Origin: an uncultured SAR86 cluster bacterium
GTDB lineage: Bacteria > Pseudomonadota > Gammaproteobacteria > Magnimaribacterales > D2472
Direction: 5' to 3'
DNA length: 64,000 nt
Assembly (NCBI GenBank): GCA_902509555.1
Contig: CABWYS010000004.1
Span: 1,771-65,770 of the forward strand
Part shown: one piece after another, positions 1 to 12,649 of the stretch
How positions within the stretch are numbered: the first letter of the stretch is position 1
How the letters are laid out: every line of letters starts with the position of its first letter
Position numbers and translations under genes: made by a program
Notes under the pieces: generated by a model
Database searches by the model: none
Seen by the model: the letters and a program-made list of their open reading frames with translations, nothing else
Told to the model about the DNA's origin: nothing

Positions 1-2
1 TT

Positions 3-2748
<2,746 letters not shown>

Positions 2749-2778
2749 TCTGGATGCTCACTAAATATAAACTTTTGT

Positions 2779-4140
2779 CTACTTTATTATTAATTCCTCT
2801 AAATATTTTGAGAGTTTCGAAATTTTTATTCTTGCTTGTTGCATCGAATCCCTGTCACGGATTGTTACCGAGCTATCGTCAAGCGAATCAAAATCAACTG
2901 TAATGCATAAAGGAGTGCCTATTTCATCATGACGTCGATAGCTCTTTCCAATATTCCCTGTATTTTCTAGCAGGACTCTGCCGAGCCTTAGTTTTTGTAA
3001 ATCTTTCTTTATATTTGAGGCAATATCTACCAAACCAGCATGATTTTTTTTAAGAGGAATAACGGCGGCTTTTATTGGCGCAAGGTGTGGTTTCAGATTT
3101 AAGACCGTCCTAGCTTTACCATCATCAAGTTCTTCAGTTTTATATGCTTCATTAAGCACAGCAAGAAAACCCCTGTCCACACCAGCCGATGGCTCTATCA
3201 CATATGGAACAGTCCATTTTTTTGTTTCTATATCCTGTGTTGCAAGCCTAGCATTTGATTCATTGTTTTCTATGATATGAGATTTGATATCTAATTCCGC
3301 TTGATTTTTGCTGTGAGATCCTAAATCAAAGTCTGTTCGGTTAGCAATGCCTTCTAGTTCTTCTAGTCCATGGGGAAATTTATACATGATATCAACAGTG
3401 GCTTTTGAATAATGGGCCAGTTCATCTTCCGGGACGTGATAAAGCTCAAGATTGTCCCTGCTAACACCCTGCTCATCCCACCATTTTAACCTAGACTCTA
3501 TCCAGGACTCATGCCATTCTTCATCCGTCCCAGGGGCAACAAAAAACTCAAGTTCCATCTGCTCAAATTCTCTTACTCTAAATATAAAATTTCTAGGAGT
3601 AATTTCATTTCTAAAGGCTTTGCCTATCTGCGCTATTCCAAATGGAACCTGTTTTGATGTTGAATCTACAACGTTTTTAAAGTTTGTAAAAATATTCTGA
3701 GCTGTTTCGGGCCTTAAATAAGCAAAAGAATCTTTATCTTCAACAGGCCCTACAGAAGTTTTAAACATAAGATTAAACGGTCTAGGATCTGTAAGGTTCT
3801 TTGATCCACATGAGGGGCATTTATCTGACTTTAATTGATCTGCCCTCCATCTAGATTTACAATCTCTACAATCTACCAATGGATCTGTAAAAGTATCTTC
3901 GTGGCCTGAAAACCTCAAAACACTTGGTTTTGTTAATATGGAGGCATCCAAGCCCTCTACATCATCCCTATTAAAAACCATCTCTCTCCACCACGACTGC
4001 TTCAAGTTATTTTTGAGCTCAACGCCCAATGGCCCGTAGTCATATAAACCTTGTAAACCACCATAAATTTCATTTGACTGAAATATAAACCCCCTTCTTT
4101 TGCAGAGAGCCACTAGTTCTTCCATTGTTTTTGCTGTCAA
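2779..4140 (-). CDS. glyQS: Glycine--tRNA ligase, homodimeric alpha2 type
   Basis: [52 protein letters not shown], anticodon domain [10 protein letters not shown]. Confidence 0.96.
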   Translation of the reverse strand: MTAKTMEELVALCKRRGFIFQSNEIYGGLQGLYDYGPLGVELKNNLKQSWWREMVFNRDDVEGLDASILTKPSVLRFSGHEDTFTDPLVDCRDCKSRWRADQLKSDKCPSCGSKNLTDPRPFNLMFKTSVGPVEDKDSFAYLRPETAQNIFTNFKNVVDSTSKQVPFGIAQIGKAFRNEITPRNFIFRVREFEQMELEFFVAPGTDEEWHESWIESRLKWWDEQGVSRDNLELYHVPEDELAHYSKATVDIMYKFPHGLEELEGIANRTDFDLGSHSKNQAELDIKSHIIENNESNARLATQDIETKKWTVPYVIEPSAGVDRGFLAVLNEAYKTEELDDGKARTVLNLKPHLAPIKAAVIPLKKNHAGLVDIASNIKKDLQKLRLGRVLLENTGNIGKSYRRHDEIGTPLCITVDFDSLDDSSVTIRDRDSMQQARIKISKLSKYLEELIIK

Positions 4141-4279
4141 GATAAACCTTTATATTTCATGTTTGAGAAGATTATATTATGCAGTTATTTTAATCATATC
4201 TATATAGATTTTTGTCAACTCTTTATAGATAAGCCTATAAAATACTTAATTAAATAAAGATAATTAAAAAAAACTTTAT

Positions 4280-5143
4280 ATGAAGATAATTTTTTATATG
4301 TTTACAATTTTTCCTCTGAAGTTTGCATTTCTTATGTTAGATACCCTTTTTAGGGTCATACCTTTATATGTCTTAGGGTTCTTGCCTTCATTTAGGGTTA
4401 CCAAAAAAAATTTATCTATCGCCTTTTCAGATCTAGCCGAGCATGAATTAGATTCGCTCGCCAAAGAAAGTTACAAAGAAACATTAAAAAGTTTTTATGA
4501 AACCTTATACACCTGGTCTCGCTCCAGTAAAAAAATAGTCCACGAAATAAAGAAAATTAATAATAGATTCTTGTTTAATAATCCTGACCAGGAGAGCGGG
4601 CTAATAATTTTTTCTCTTCACAATAGGAGCATTGATTTTATGTTGAGATGGATTAGCTCTCAAAGAGAGCACACTTCACTTTATAAGAAAATTAAATTAA
4701 AGCCGATTGATGATTTTGTAAAAAAATTTAGACAAGAAGGAAATTGCAAAATGGTTGAAACAGGAATAGGGGGAGTAAAAACCATTCTTGCTTCCCTAGA
4801 AAAGAACCAAATGACCTGTATGGCATCTGACCAAGTTCCAGCTGATGGGCTTGGGGTCTACTCTACATTTTTTGGCCACGAGTGTTACTCCTTTTCACTT
4901 GCTCCCAAGCTTGCAAAGAAATCTAATAAGCAAATCTTAATGTCATATCTATCCTATGAGGAGGATATTGGGCATATCATAAATTTTAAAAAGCCTAGAG
5001 GGGACATCTATTCAAATAATGGAGTCGATGTTATGAATAAAGAAATGGAGAATGCGATTCTAAAATCTCCAACAGAATACTCATGGGAATATAAAAAATT
5101 TAGAAAGCTCTCTAAAGAACCGAGGGATATTTACAAAACTTAA
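4280..5143 (+). CDS. lpxL: Lipid A biosynthesis acyltransferase (LpxL/HtrB family)
   Basis: H-x4-D motif, DQ..G...FFG, PTEYSWEYKKFR C-terminal motif; conserved gene position. Confidence 0.8.
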   Translation: MKIIFYMFTIFPLKFAFLMLDTLFRVIPLYVLGFLPSFRVTKKNLSIAFSDLAEHELDSLAKESYKETLKSFYETLYTWSRSSKKIVHEIKKINNRFLFNNPDQESGLIIFSLHNRSIDFMLRWISSQREHTSLYKKIKLKPIDDFVKKFRQEGNCKMVETGIGGVKTILASLEKNQMTCMASDQVPADGLGVYSTFFGHECYSFSLAPKLAKKSNKQILMSYLSYEEDIGHIINFKKPRGDIYSNNGVDVMNKEMENAILKSPTEYSWEYKKFRKLSKEPRDIYKT

Positions 5144-6582
5144 CGGCGCCAGAAAGCAGGCGTAAACAACACAAGAAGCGTAAAGATTTCTAACCTTCCC
5201 AGAATCATTGCAAAACACAAAATAAATTTTCCAAACTCATTTACATTAGTATAGTTGCTAGCTACATCACCCAAGCCGGGGCCCAAATTATTTAAGCAAG
5301 CGCCGACAGCAGAAAATGCAGTTTCAAAACTTAGCCCTGTTCCAAGCATTGCCATAAGAAGAAACATAAATATAAACACATAGATAGAAAAAAAGCCCCA
5401 AACCTTTTCTGCAATTTTTGCATCAATTACCTTGGTGCCTATCTTTGATGTCAGAACAGCATTTGGGTGAATCGTTTTTAATATTTCTTTATATGCCTGG
5501 TTAATCATGATCAGCACTCGCCAAGCTTTAATTCCTCCGCCAACCGACTGAGAGCACGCCCCCATGAATGCACCAACCAATAAAAGATATGGCAAAAAAC
5601 CTGGCCATAGTGAGAAATTCTCTGTGGTAAAACCTGAAGTTGTAACTATGGAAACGGTATGAAAGATAGTTGAGCTAATTAGAGAAAAAATATCTGCAAA
5701 TGACTCACTTAGAATATGAACAACTATTGACATTGTAATTATCAACATCACAACTGATAAGAAAAATTTAAACTCTGAATCATAAAAATATTTAAGGGGC
5801 TTCCCTCCAAATATTGCCGCGTAATGAACTGCAAATGAAGCGGCAGAAAGTAACATAAAAATAATACAAACGGCTTCAATCCATGCGCTATTAAAAAAAC
5901 CAATGCTTTCGTCATGAGTTGAAAATCCACCTCCGGCAACAGTACTTAAACTGTGAGCAATGGAATCAAATAAATTCATCCCAGAAATTAGATATAGCGT
6001 TGCGCAAACAATTGTGAGGCCAACATATATTTTCCATAGGGCTTTTGCACTATCCGTTATTTTAGGGGTTAGCTTTTGATTGCCATGACTTCCCGGGAGC
6101 TCCATTTTATAAAGCTGGCCTCCGCCAATTCCCAAAGCTGGCATTACTGCAACGGCTAAAACTATCAAGCCCATTCCACCTATCCACTGAAGAAGTTGTC
6201 GATATAAAAGGATTGATTTTGGCAGGTTATCTAAGCCAACAATAGTAGTAGCGCCAGTTGTTGTAATTCCTGAGACTGATTCAAAAATAGCATCACTGAT
6301 ACCAAGTCCAAAAAAGTAAAACGGAATAGATCCGACACAAGCAAGAACAACCCAAAATAAAGTGGTGATAATAAACCCATCAGAAATATTCAGGGGTAAA
6401 TTTTGTTGACGAGTAGCAGCCCAAATAGACCCACCCAAAATAGAGAAAATTATAAAAGAGTATAAAAATATCTCTATGCCAGATTCTTCATATATAAAAG
6501 CAAGGAGCATAGGCGGCACAAAAGACAGGCTAAATATTCCAAGCAGAATGCCCAACAAGTTAAAAATTGATTTGTAATTCAT
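5140..6582 (-). CDS. trkH: Trk potassium uptake membrane protein
   Basis: FESVSGITTTGAT, QWIGGMG, GGFST, NNLGPGLG, GRLEIF. Confidence 0.96.
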   Translation of the reverse strand: MNYKSIFNLLGILLGIFSLSFVPPMLLAFIYEESGIEIFLYSFIIFSILGGSIWAATRQQNLPLNISDGFIITTLFWVVLACVGSIPFYFFGLGISDAIFESVSGITTTGATTIVGLDNLPKSILLYRQLLQWIGGMGLIVLAVAVMPALGIGGGQLYKMELPGSHGNQKLTPKITDSAKALWKIYVGLTIVCATLYLISGMNLFDSIAHSLSTVAGGGFSTHDESIGFFNSAWIEAVCIIFMLLSAASFAVHYAAIFGGKPLKYFYDSEFKFFLSVVMLIITMSIVVHILSESFADIFSLISSTIFHTVSIVTTSGFTTENFSLWPGFLPYLLLVGAFMGACSQSVGGGIKAWRVLIMINQAYKEILKTIHPNAVLTSKIGTKVIDAKIAEKVWGFFSIYVFIFMFLLMAMLGTGLSFETAFSAVGACLNNLGPGLGDVASNYTNVNEFGKFILCFAMILGRLEIFTLLVLFTPAFWRR

Positions 6583-7940
6583 TAGTCTTCTAGAAAAAGA
6601 TTCTCTATTTTTTCTTTATCTGTTTTCCCGAGAATAAAAACTATGATCCTATCATTTGGTTTAAGAAGTAAATCTCTTGAATGCATAAAAACTTCTTCCT
6701 TCCTTATCACCGCTGCAATAACACAGCTGTCTGGAAGAGGTAGTTCAGAAATAGGCTTATCAAAAAAACCTTCAGTAAATTTATTGTTGTGAATTATTCC
6801 TTCAATTGCTTCAGCTCCACTCTGCATTTTAAAAATAACCTCTTGAGGAACATCACCCTTTGCAAGATGCTGTAAAACCATAGAGACGGTTAGCCTTTGA
6901 GGTGAGAGAGCTATATCAACAAAATTTTTGGGCAGTATATTTATGTAAGTGTAATTATTTACAATAATTATAGTTTTTTTGGCGCCAAGTTTTTTGGCAA
7001 GAAAGGCTGACATGATGTTAGTCTCATCATCATTTGTTAGAGCACAAAAAATATCTATATTTTCTATATTTTCACTTTTAAGGAGCTCTTCATCAGACCC
7101 AGCACCTTTTAGTACAATTGTTCTATTTAATTCTCTTGATAGGACCTCACACCTATCTTTGTCTGGATCTATAATCTTAATTTTATAGTCCTCTTCAAGC
7201 GCTTTTGCTAATGCAAAGCCTATTTTACCACCGCCTATAATCATTATTCTTGAGGAGGATGTATCTTGCAGCCTCATTTCTTGTACTACACCATCAATAT
7301 CATTCTCTGCAGCTAAGAAGTATATTTCATCATTCTCTTTTATGATTGTTTTTCCTTCTGGTATCAAGGGCTTCCCTTTTCTATATATTGCAGGAACATA
7401 TGTATCTGTGTCTGGCATATCACTTTTTATGCTTTTAAGCTCTCTATTAACTAACATCCCATCTTTTTTAGCCTTGACCGAAACAACTTTAAGGGTGCCA
7501 TTTGCAAATGACTCAATTTGTTCTGCACCTGGATGCTTAATTAAATCAACAAGATGTTCTGTAACTTCATTTTCTGGACCAATGGCAATATCAATATTTT
7601 TTTTACCAAATGCCTCTAAAGATTCAAGGTAAGATGAATCAGAAAGCCTGCAAATTGTTTTTTTAACATTGAATAGAGATTTTGCTATTTGGCAAGAAGT
7701 GATATTACATTCATCACTATTTGTTACAGCCAACAGAATAGTGTCTTGATCTGCTCCAGCCCTTTGAAGGGTATTGGGGTGTGAAGCATGGCCAATTTCA
7801 GCAGCCAAATCATAATCTTCTTGAAGACTTAAAAGCCTATCTTTATTTAAGTCGACTATGCTAACTTCATATTCTTGTCTTGAAAGTGTAGAGGCAAGAC
7901 TGCTTCCAACTCTTCCGGCGCCAAGTATTAAAATTTTCAT
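6582..7940 (-). CDS. trkA: Trk potassium uptake NAD-binding subunit
   Basis: Two RCK Rossmann folds (ILGAGRVG, IIGGGKIG); coupled to trkH. Confidence 0.96.
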   Translation of the reverse strand: MKILILGAGRVGSSLASTLSRQEYEVSIVDLNKDRLLSLQEDYDLAAEIGHASHPNTLQRAGADQDTILLAVTNSDECNITSCQIAKSLFNVKKTICRLSDSSYLESLEAFGKKNIDIAIGPENEVTEHLVDLIKHPGAEQIESFANGTLKVVSVKAKKDGMLVNRELKSIKSDMPDTDTYVPAIYRKGKPLIPEGKTIIKENDEIYFLAAENDIDGVVQEMRLQDTSSSRIMIIGGGKIGFALAKALEEDYKIKIIDPDKDRCEVLSRELNRTIVLKGAGSDEELLKSENIENIDIFCALTNDDETNIMSAFLAKKLGAKKTIIIVNNYTYINILPKNFVDIALSPQRLTVSMVLQHLAKGDVPQEVIFKMQSGAEAIEGIIHNNKFTEGFFDKPISELPLPDSCVIAAVIRKEEVFMHSRDLLLKPNDRIIVFILGKTDKEKIENLFLED

Positions 7941-7992
7941 TGTTATAAATTAAACCTCTTTTTAGAGAATTGGAAGAATTGCTGAAATTAAA

Positions 7993-8913
7993 TTATTTCT
8001 CAAAAAATTTTGCGTGTGAATTCACGGCATCTGATGCGGAGATAATACGTTTTCCTGGGAGTTGTAAGTGAGTAATAACTATCGCAGAGTCGATTGTTTT
8101 AACGGCAAGTCCTTCTGATATAAATCTAAAACTATTTTCCTTAAATGCCTCATTGTCGCCATTATATTCCTTCAATCCATGGATTTTTATCGCTATATTA
8201 TTTTTTTCAAAATACAGTCCGGGCCATCCAACAAACGCTTTAAACTTTTGAAATATTTCCTTAGCGCTTTCTTTTGTGAAATCTATCTTGCCAGATGATT
8301 TATCTATTTTTGAACAATAGCTAGCCTCATCATTATTTTGCTCTATAAGAGTTAGTTTATTATTTAAAATATTATGTAAATCATCTTCAAGGTTTTTAAT
8401 GCATAGTGAGGCAAGCTTATTTTCAAGATCTATTTTGTTATCTGATTCTAATATCTTCATTTCATGAGAGCAGTAAACCGGTCCCTCATCCATTCCCTTA
8501 GACATTCTCATAATTGATATTCCAGTTTTATTATCGTTATTTAATATCGATGCTTGTATTGGAGACGCTCCCCTATATTTTGGCAACAAAGAAAAATGGA
8601 TATTTATTGGTGCAATATTTGACGCATCAAGCAACCATTCAGGAAGTATTTTTCCATATGCTGAAACAACCAAGAAATCAAAGTCTAGGTGTGCAATCTC
8701 TTGTTTGAACAAATTATCAAGTTTGGTGGGTTTAAAAGTTGGAATTCCAAGTTTTAAAGCTTCTGTTGATACAGAAGATGCTTCTTTGCCCTTATCTCTC
8801 TTTGACCTTTTATCCGGTTGGCTTATTGAGCCTACAACATCTAATCCTGCATTTACCAAGGAATTTAATATTTTTGCCGATGATTCGGGGGAGCCAGCAA
8901 ATAAAATCTTCAT
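7993..8913 (-). CDS. fmt: Methionyl-tRNA formyltransferase
   Basis: INIHFSLLPKYRGASPIQ, MDEGP; follows def. Confidence 0.96.
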   Translation of the reverse strand: MKILFAGSPESSAKILNSLVNAGLDVVGSISQPDKRSKRDKGKEASSVSTEALKLGIPTFKPTKLDNLFKQEIAHLDFDFLVVSAYGKILPEWLLDASNIAPINIHFSLLPKYRGASPIQASILNNDNKTGISIMRMSKGMDEGPVYCSHEMKILESDNKIDLENKLASLCIKNLEDDLHNILNNKLTLIEQNNDEASYCSKIDKSSGKIDFTKESAKEIFQKFKAFVGWPGLYFEKNNIAIKIHGLKEYNGDNEAFKENSFRFISEGLAVKTIDSAIVITHLQLPGKRIISASDAVNSHAKFFEK

Positions 8914-8950
8914 ATTGTCTATAAATTCGTTTAATTTCTATAAATTTCTT

Positions 8951-9442
8951 CTATTTAGATACTTTCTTCCTAATTCTGTCTCTTTTGAGAGGAGAAAGAT
9001 AGTCAACCATTAGTTTTCCCTCCAAATGGTCTATTTCATGCTGAATACATACAGTAAGCAAGCCCGATGGCTCCTCCTCATGCTGTTTGCCATTAATGTC
9101 ATGCCAGGTTAAATAAATATTGTCCGGTCTCGTTATCTCCTCAGTGATCCCAGGCACAGAAAGACAACCCTCTGTAAATGAAAGTAGACTTTTGTCGTCT
9201 AAAATTTTGAATTCTGGGTTTATAAATATTTTTGGATCATTTCTTTCCTCTGAAAGGTCCATTACTATAATTCTTTCATGGATATTAACTTGAGTTGCAG
9301 CTAGCCCTATACCGTCTTCAGCATACATGGTTTCAAGCATGTCAGCAGTTATTATTTCGAGACTTTTATCGAATTTGGTAACAGGAACAGCAACTTTCCT
9401 TAACCTGGGATCAGGAAATGTTAAAACTTTTAGTTTAGCCAT
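8951..9442 (-). CDS. def: Peptide deformylase
   Basis: GIGLAATQ, EGCLS, QHEIDHL; ATG at 9442 preferred over GTG at 9448. Confidence 0.97.
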   Translation of the reverse strand: MAKLKVLTFPDPRLRKVAVPVTKFDKSLEIITADMLETMYAEDGIGLAATQVNIHERIIVMDLSEERNDPKIFINPEFKILDDKSLLSFTEGCLSVPGITEEITRPDNIYLTWHDINGKQHEEEPSGLLTVCIQHEIDHLEGKLMVDYLSPLKRDRIRKKVSK

Positions 9443-9505
9443 ATACACATTATATGTTCACTCTTTATAATCAACATATTTATTTATAGGAAAAGGAGTT
9501 ATTTT

Positions 9506-10000
9506 ATGTCCGATACTATTAAAGTTTCAATATTTATGGGTTCAAAATCTGATTTACCAATTGTTCAGGCTGCATCAGATACTCTAAATGAATTCAATGT
9601 GCCTCACCGCATGTTTATTCTTTCTGCGCATAGGACGCCTGAAGAGGTTGTCAAAAGAGTAAAAGAGTCTGAAAAAAATGGAGCTAAAGTATTTATCGCA
9701 GCGGCGGGTATGGCCGCTCATTTAGCAGGCGCAATTGCAGCTCAAACAACCAAACCAGTTTTAGGAATACCTCTTGGAGGAGGAGACTTGGATGGAATAG
9801 ACTCGTTGCTAGCCACAGTTCAAATGCCAAAGGGTGTGCCAGTAGCCACTTTTGCAATTGGGAAATCTGGAGCAATAAATGCTGCATTGTGTGCGGTGCA
9901 AATGTTGGGAACTTCAAACGAAAAAATTGCAGCCATGCTTACTGAGTATAAGTCTAAAATGCATGATGATGTTTTGGCTGCAAATGAGTCAATTCAGTAA
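9506..10000 (+). CDS. purE: N5-CAIR mutase / AIR carboxylase PurE
   Basis: MGSKSD, SAHRTP, AAGMAAHL, VQMPKGVPVAT; AGGAG SD upstream. Confidence 0.96.
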   Translation: MSDTIKVSIFMGSKSDLPIVQAASDTLNEFNVPHRMFILSAHRTPEEVVKRVKESEKNGAKVFIAAAGMAAHLAGAIAAQTTKPVLGIPLGGGDLDGIDSLLATVQMPKGVPVATFAIGKSGAINAALCAVQMLGTSNEKIAAMLTEYKSKMHDDVLAANESIQ

Positions 10001-10005
10001 TTAAT

Positions 10006-10563
10006 TTGAAGGAATTTTCATCTCCTGCCGAAGCATCAAATTGGCTAAAAGAAGGCAAAATTTTAATCCACCCAACAGAGGGGGTCTGGGGTCTTGGCTG
10101 CGATGCATCAAATATAAATGCATGTGAGAAAATAGCCCTTTTAAAGCAAAGACCCAAGAACAAAAACTTTATCTTACTCGCTCCATCAATCTCTTTTGCT
10201 ATAGGCTGTTCCGAGAAAATTGAGTCATCAAAAATTGAATTTTTAGAGTCCATATGGCCAGGCCATGTAACAGTTATCTTGCAACCAAACAACTCTATAA
10301 AATCCTTAATAAAAGCTTTAGATAAATCTATTGGATTGAGAGTAAGCAATCACTTACCTATTGTAAATTTACTCAATTCTTTTAACAATTTAATGGTTTC
10401 CACATCAGCAAATATAAGCAACTTTCCAACCCCTAGTTTGCTTGCCGAGGTAAAAGAAATATTCGATGATCCGGACGTTGCAGCGTATGCTCATGATAAT
10501 GGAGGCGCCTTAAAACCATCTTCAATAATAGACCTAAACACCATGGAATATATTCGTGAATAA
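10006..10563 (+). CDS. tsaC: Threonylcarbamoyl-AMP synthase (TsaC/YrdC)
   Basis: PTEGVWGLGC, LKQR, WPG, STSAN motifs. Confidence 0.93.
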   Translation: MKEFSSPAEASNWLKEGKILIHPTEGVWGLGCDASNINACEKIALLKQRPKNKNFILLAPSISFAIGCSEKIESSKIEFLESIWPGHVTVILQPNNSIKSLIKALDKSIGLRVSNHLPIVNLLNSFNNLMVSTSANISNFPTPSLLAEVKEIFDDPDVAAYAHDNGGALKPSSIIDLNTMEYIRE

Positions 10564-11482
10564 ACTGAATAAAAATAATCTTATGATGATTGAATCAAGG
10601 TTTAAATCTGTTCAAGAAAATATAGATAAAAAACTAAATTCTTTGAATAAAAAATCATTTCAACGAATTGCAGAAAACTGGAATAGAAAACAGGGCGGAG
10701 GAGGAAAATCCATATCTATAAATGGAGATGTTATAGAAAAAGCGGCTGTTAACTTTTCTTCTATTTTTGGGAGCAAATTGCCAGCCTCATCGCTTGCAAC
10801 CAAATCAAAATTAAATGGCTCTTCTAAATTTCATGCGGTTGGAGTTTCTGTTATTTCACACCCATTCAACCCACATTGCCCAACAAGCCATATGAACATA
10901 AGGATTTTTTTAGAAATAGGCAAAAACTCCACAATCAATAATTGGTGGATAGGCGGCGGCTTCGATTTAACCCCTTATGTTATCTCCAATCAAGATTCAT
11001 CACTTTGGCATAATGAAGCCAAACTAACATTAGATAAATTTAGCAAAACATATTACAAAAAATTTGCAAAAAAATGTGATGAGTACTTTTTTCTTCCACA
11101 TAGAAATGAAAATAGAGGAATAGGAGGCGTCTTTTTTGATCAACTCCAGCATAAAGATATTGAAAGCAGCCTATCTTTATTAGAAAAAATTGCTGAATCT
11201 TATATTAATAGCTATGAAAAAATTATTTTGAACCATAGAAACACTACATTTTCTAAAGATGACAAAGATTTTCAACTGTATAGGAGGGGCAGGTATGTTG
11301 AATTTAATCTTCTTTTTGATAGGGGCACCAAGTTTGGGATCGAGTCTAACGGAAGGGCAGAATCTATATTAGCCTCTCTTCCACCTCTAGTTAGCTGGCC
11401 TTGCTCTAATAGCAAAGGCATTCAAAAGAAAAACAAATCGTTGATTTCATTTTTTAATAAGAGTTGGAAAGAGAGGATATAG
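10556..11482 (+). CDS. hemF: Oxygen-dependent coproporphyrinogen III oxidase
   Basis: HPFNPHCPTSHMN, GGGFDLTP, RGIGGVFFD, RRGRYVEFNLLFDRGT. Confidence 0.96.
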   Translation: MNKLNKNNLMMIESRFKSVQENIDKKLNSLNKKSFQRIAENWNRKQGGGGKSISINGDVIEKAAVNFSSIFGSKLPASSLATKSKLNGSSKFHAVGVSVISHPFNPHCPTSHMNIRIFLEIGKNSTINNWWIGGGFDLTPYVISNQDSSLWHNEAKLTLDKFSKTYYKKFAKKCDEYFFLPHRNENRGIGGVFFDQLQHKDIESSLSLLEKIAESYINSYEKIILNHRNTTFSKDDKDFQLYRRGRYVEFNLLFDRGTKFGIESNGRAESILASLPPLVSWPCSNSKGIQKKNKSLISFFNKSWKERI

Positions 11483-12289
11483 GTGGGCAATCAGATAAAG
11501 CTTGGAGTTATAGGAGACCCGATTGACCATTCAATGTCTCCGCTAATTCATGCTCAATTTGCTGAAGCTTTAGGACTAAAAATAAACTATAAGCCTTTTC
11601 ATGTCGTTGAAAGGGATTTAGATGAATTCATTGAAAGTTTTTTTGCAGAGGGTGGTTATGGGCTTAATATAACTTTGCCACACAAGCTAAATTGTGTTCG
11701 CTCAGCTAACATTTTATCAAGCGAAGTAGAATTGCTTGGTGCCGCAAATACCCTAAGTAAGAATAGCAATAATGAAATTATTGCATCATCTACAGATGGC
11801 CTTGGATTTATAAGGGATTGCTCTGATAAAAATATAGAAATTAGTAATAAAAGAGTCTTAATTCTTGGAGCAGGCGGTGCAAGTCAAAGCATAATCCCAG
11901 CTATTGCAAGGATGAACCCAACAAAACTTATGATCGACAATAGATCCCCAGATAAAACTGAGCACTTAGTAACAAAGTTTTCTTCTCTTGGGCTTCAGCC
12001 TTTTCAGCATGATAATGAACCTATAGACTTATTAATTAATGCAACTTCAGCGGCTCTATCTGGCTCTTTTAATTGGAATATTCAGAATCAACTTAATGAA
12101 GAAACCATTTTTTATGACTTAAGCTATGGAAAAGCGTCAGTAAAATTTTTTTCTTGGGCTAGTCAGTTTTCAAAAAATAGATTCGATGGAACCGGCATGT
12201 TAATTGCTCAGGCGGCGTTTTCATTTCAACTATGGTTTGATACATTTCCCGATATATCAAACATAAAATTAAGCAACACTGATGACTAA
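11483..12289 (+). CDS. aroE: Shikimate dehydrogenase
   Basis: GDPIDHSMSP, NITLPHK, GAANT, GAGGA, INATS, GMLIAQA. Confidence 0.95.
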   Translation: MGNQIKLGVIGDPIDHSMSPLIHAQFAEALGLKINYKPFHVVERDLDEFIESFFAEGGYGLNITLPHKLNCVRSANILSSEVELLGAANTLSKNSNNEIIASSTDGLGFIRDCSDKNIEISNKRVLILGAGGASQSIIPAIARMNPTKLMIDNRSPDKTEHLVTKFSSLGLQPFQHDNEPIDLLINATSAALSGSFNWNIQNQLNEETIFYDLSYGKASVKFFSWASQFSKNRFDGTGMLIAQAAFSFQLWFDTFPDISNIKLSNTDD

Positions 12290-12494
12290 AAACTTTATTA
12301 GATTTATTGCTGGCGCAGTATGCCCAAGCTGCAAAGAATTGGATAAAATAGCGATAACCCCAGACGACCAAACCATTTATTGCCTTAGCTGTGATTTCAA
12401 GGAGCATAAACTATTAGAAAGTACCATCAGTAAGGCAAAATCTAGTGAGCCACAGGTCTTTAATATTGAAGATTTTAGGCTTAAAAAATCCTAG
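12282..12494 (+). CDS. YheV-family putative zinc-ribbon protein
   Basis: RFIAGAVCPSC...CLSC signature. Confidence 0.8.
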   Translation: MTKNFIRFIAGAVCPSCKELDKIAITPDDQTIYCLSCDFKEHKLLESTISKAKSSEPQVFNIEDFRLKKS

Positions 12495-12649
12495 AATTTC
12501 ACAACATTTAGAGCTATTATAGCCCCATAAAAAAACCAGTTTTTTAAAAGCTTTAATGCTAAAAAGCTTCTAATAAACATAATTTATAGTTATAATTAGA
12601 TATATCAATTATTTATTTTAAAAGCTTTATATGAAGCAAAGGATTACTA

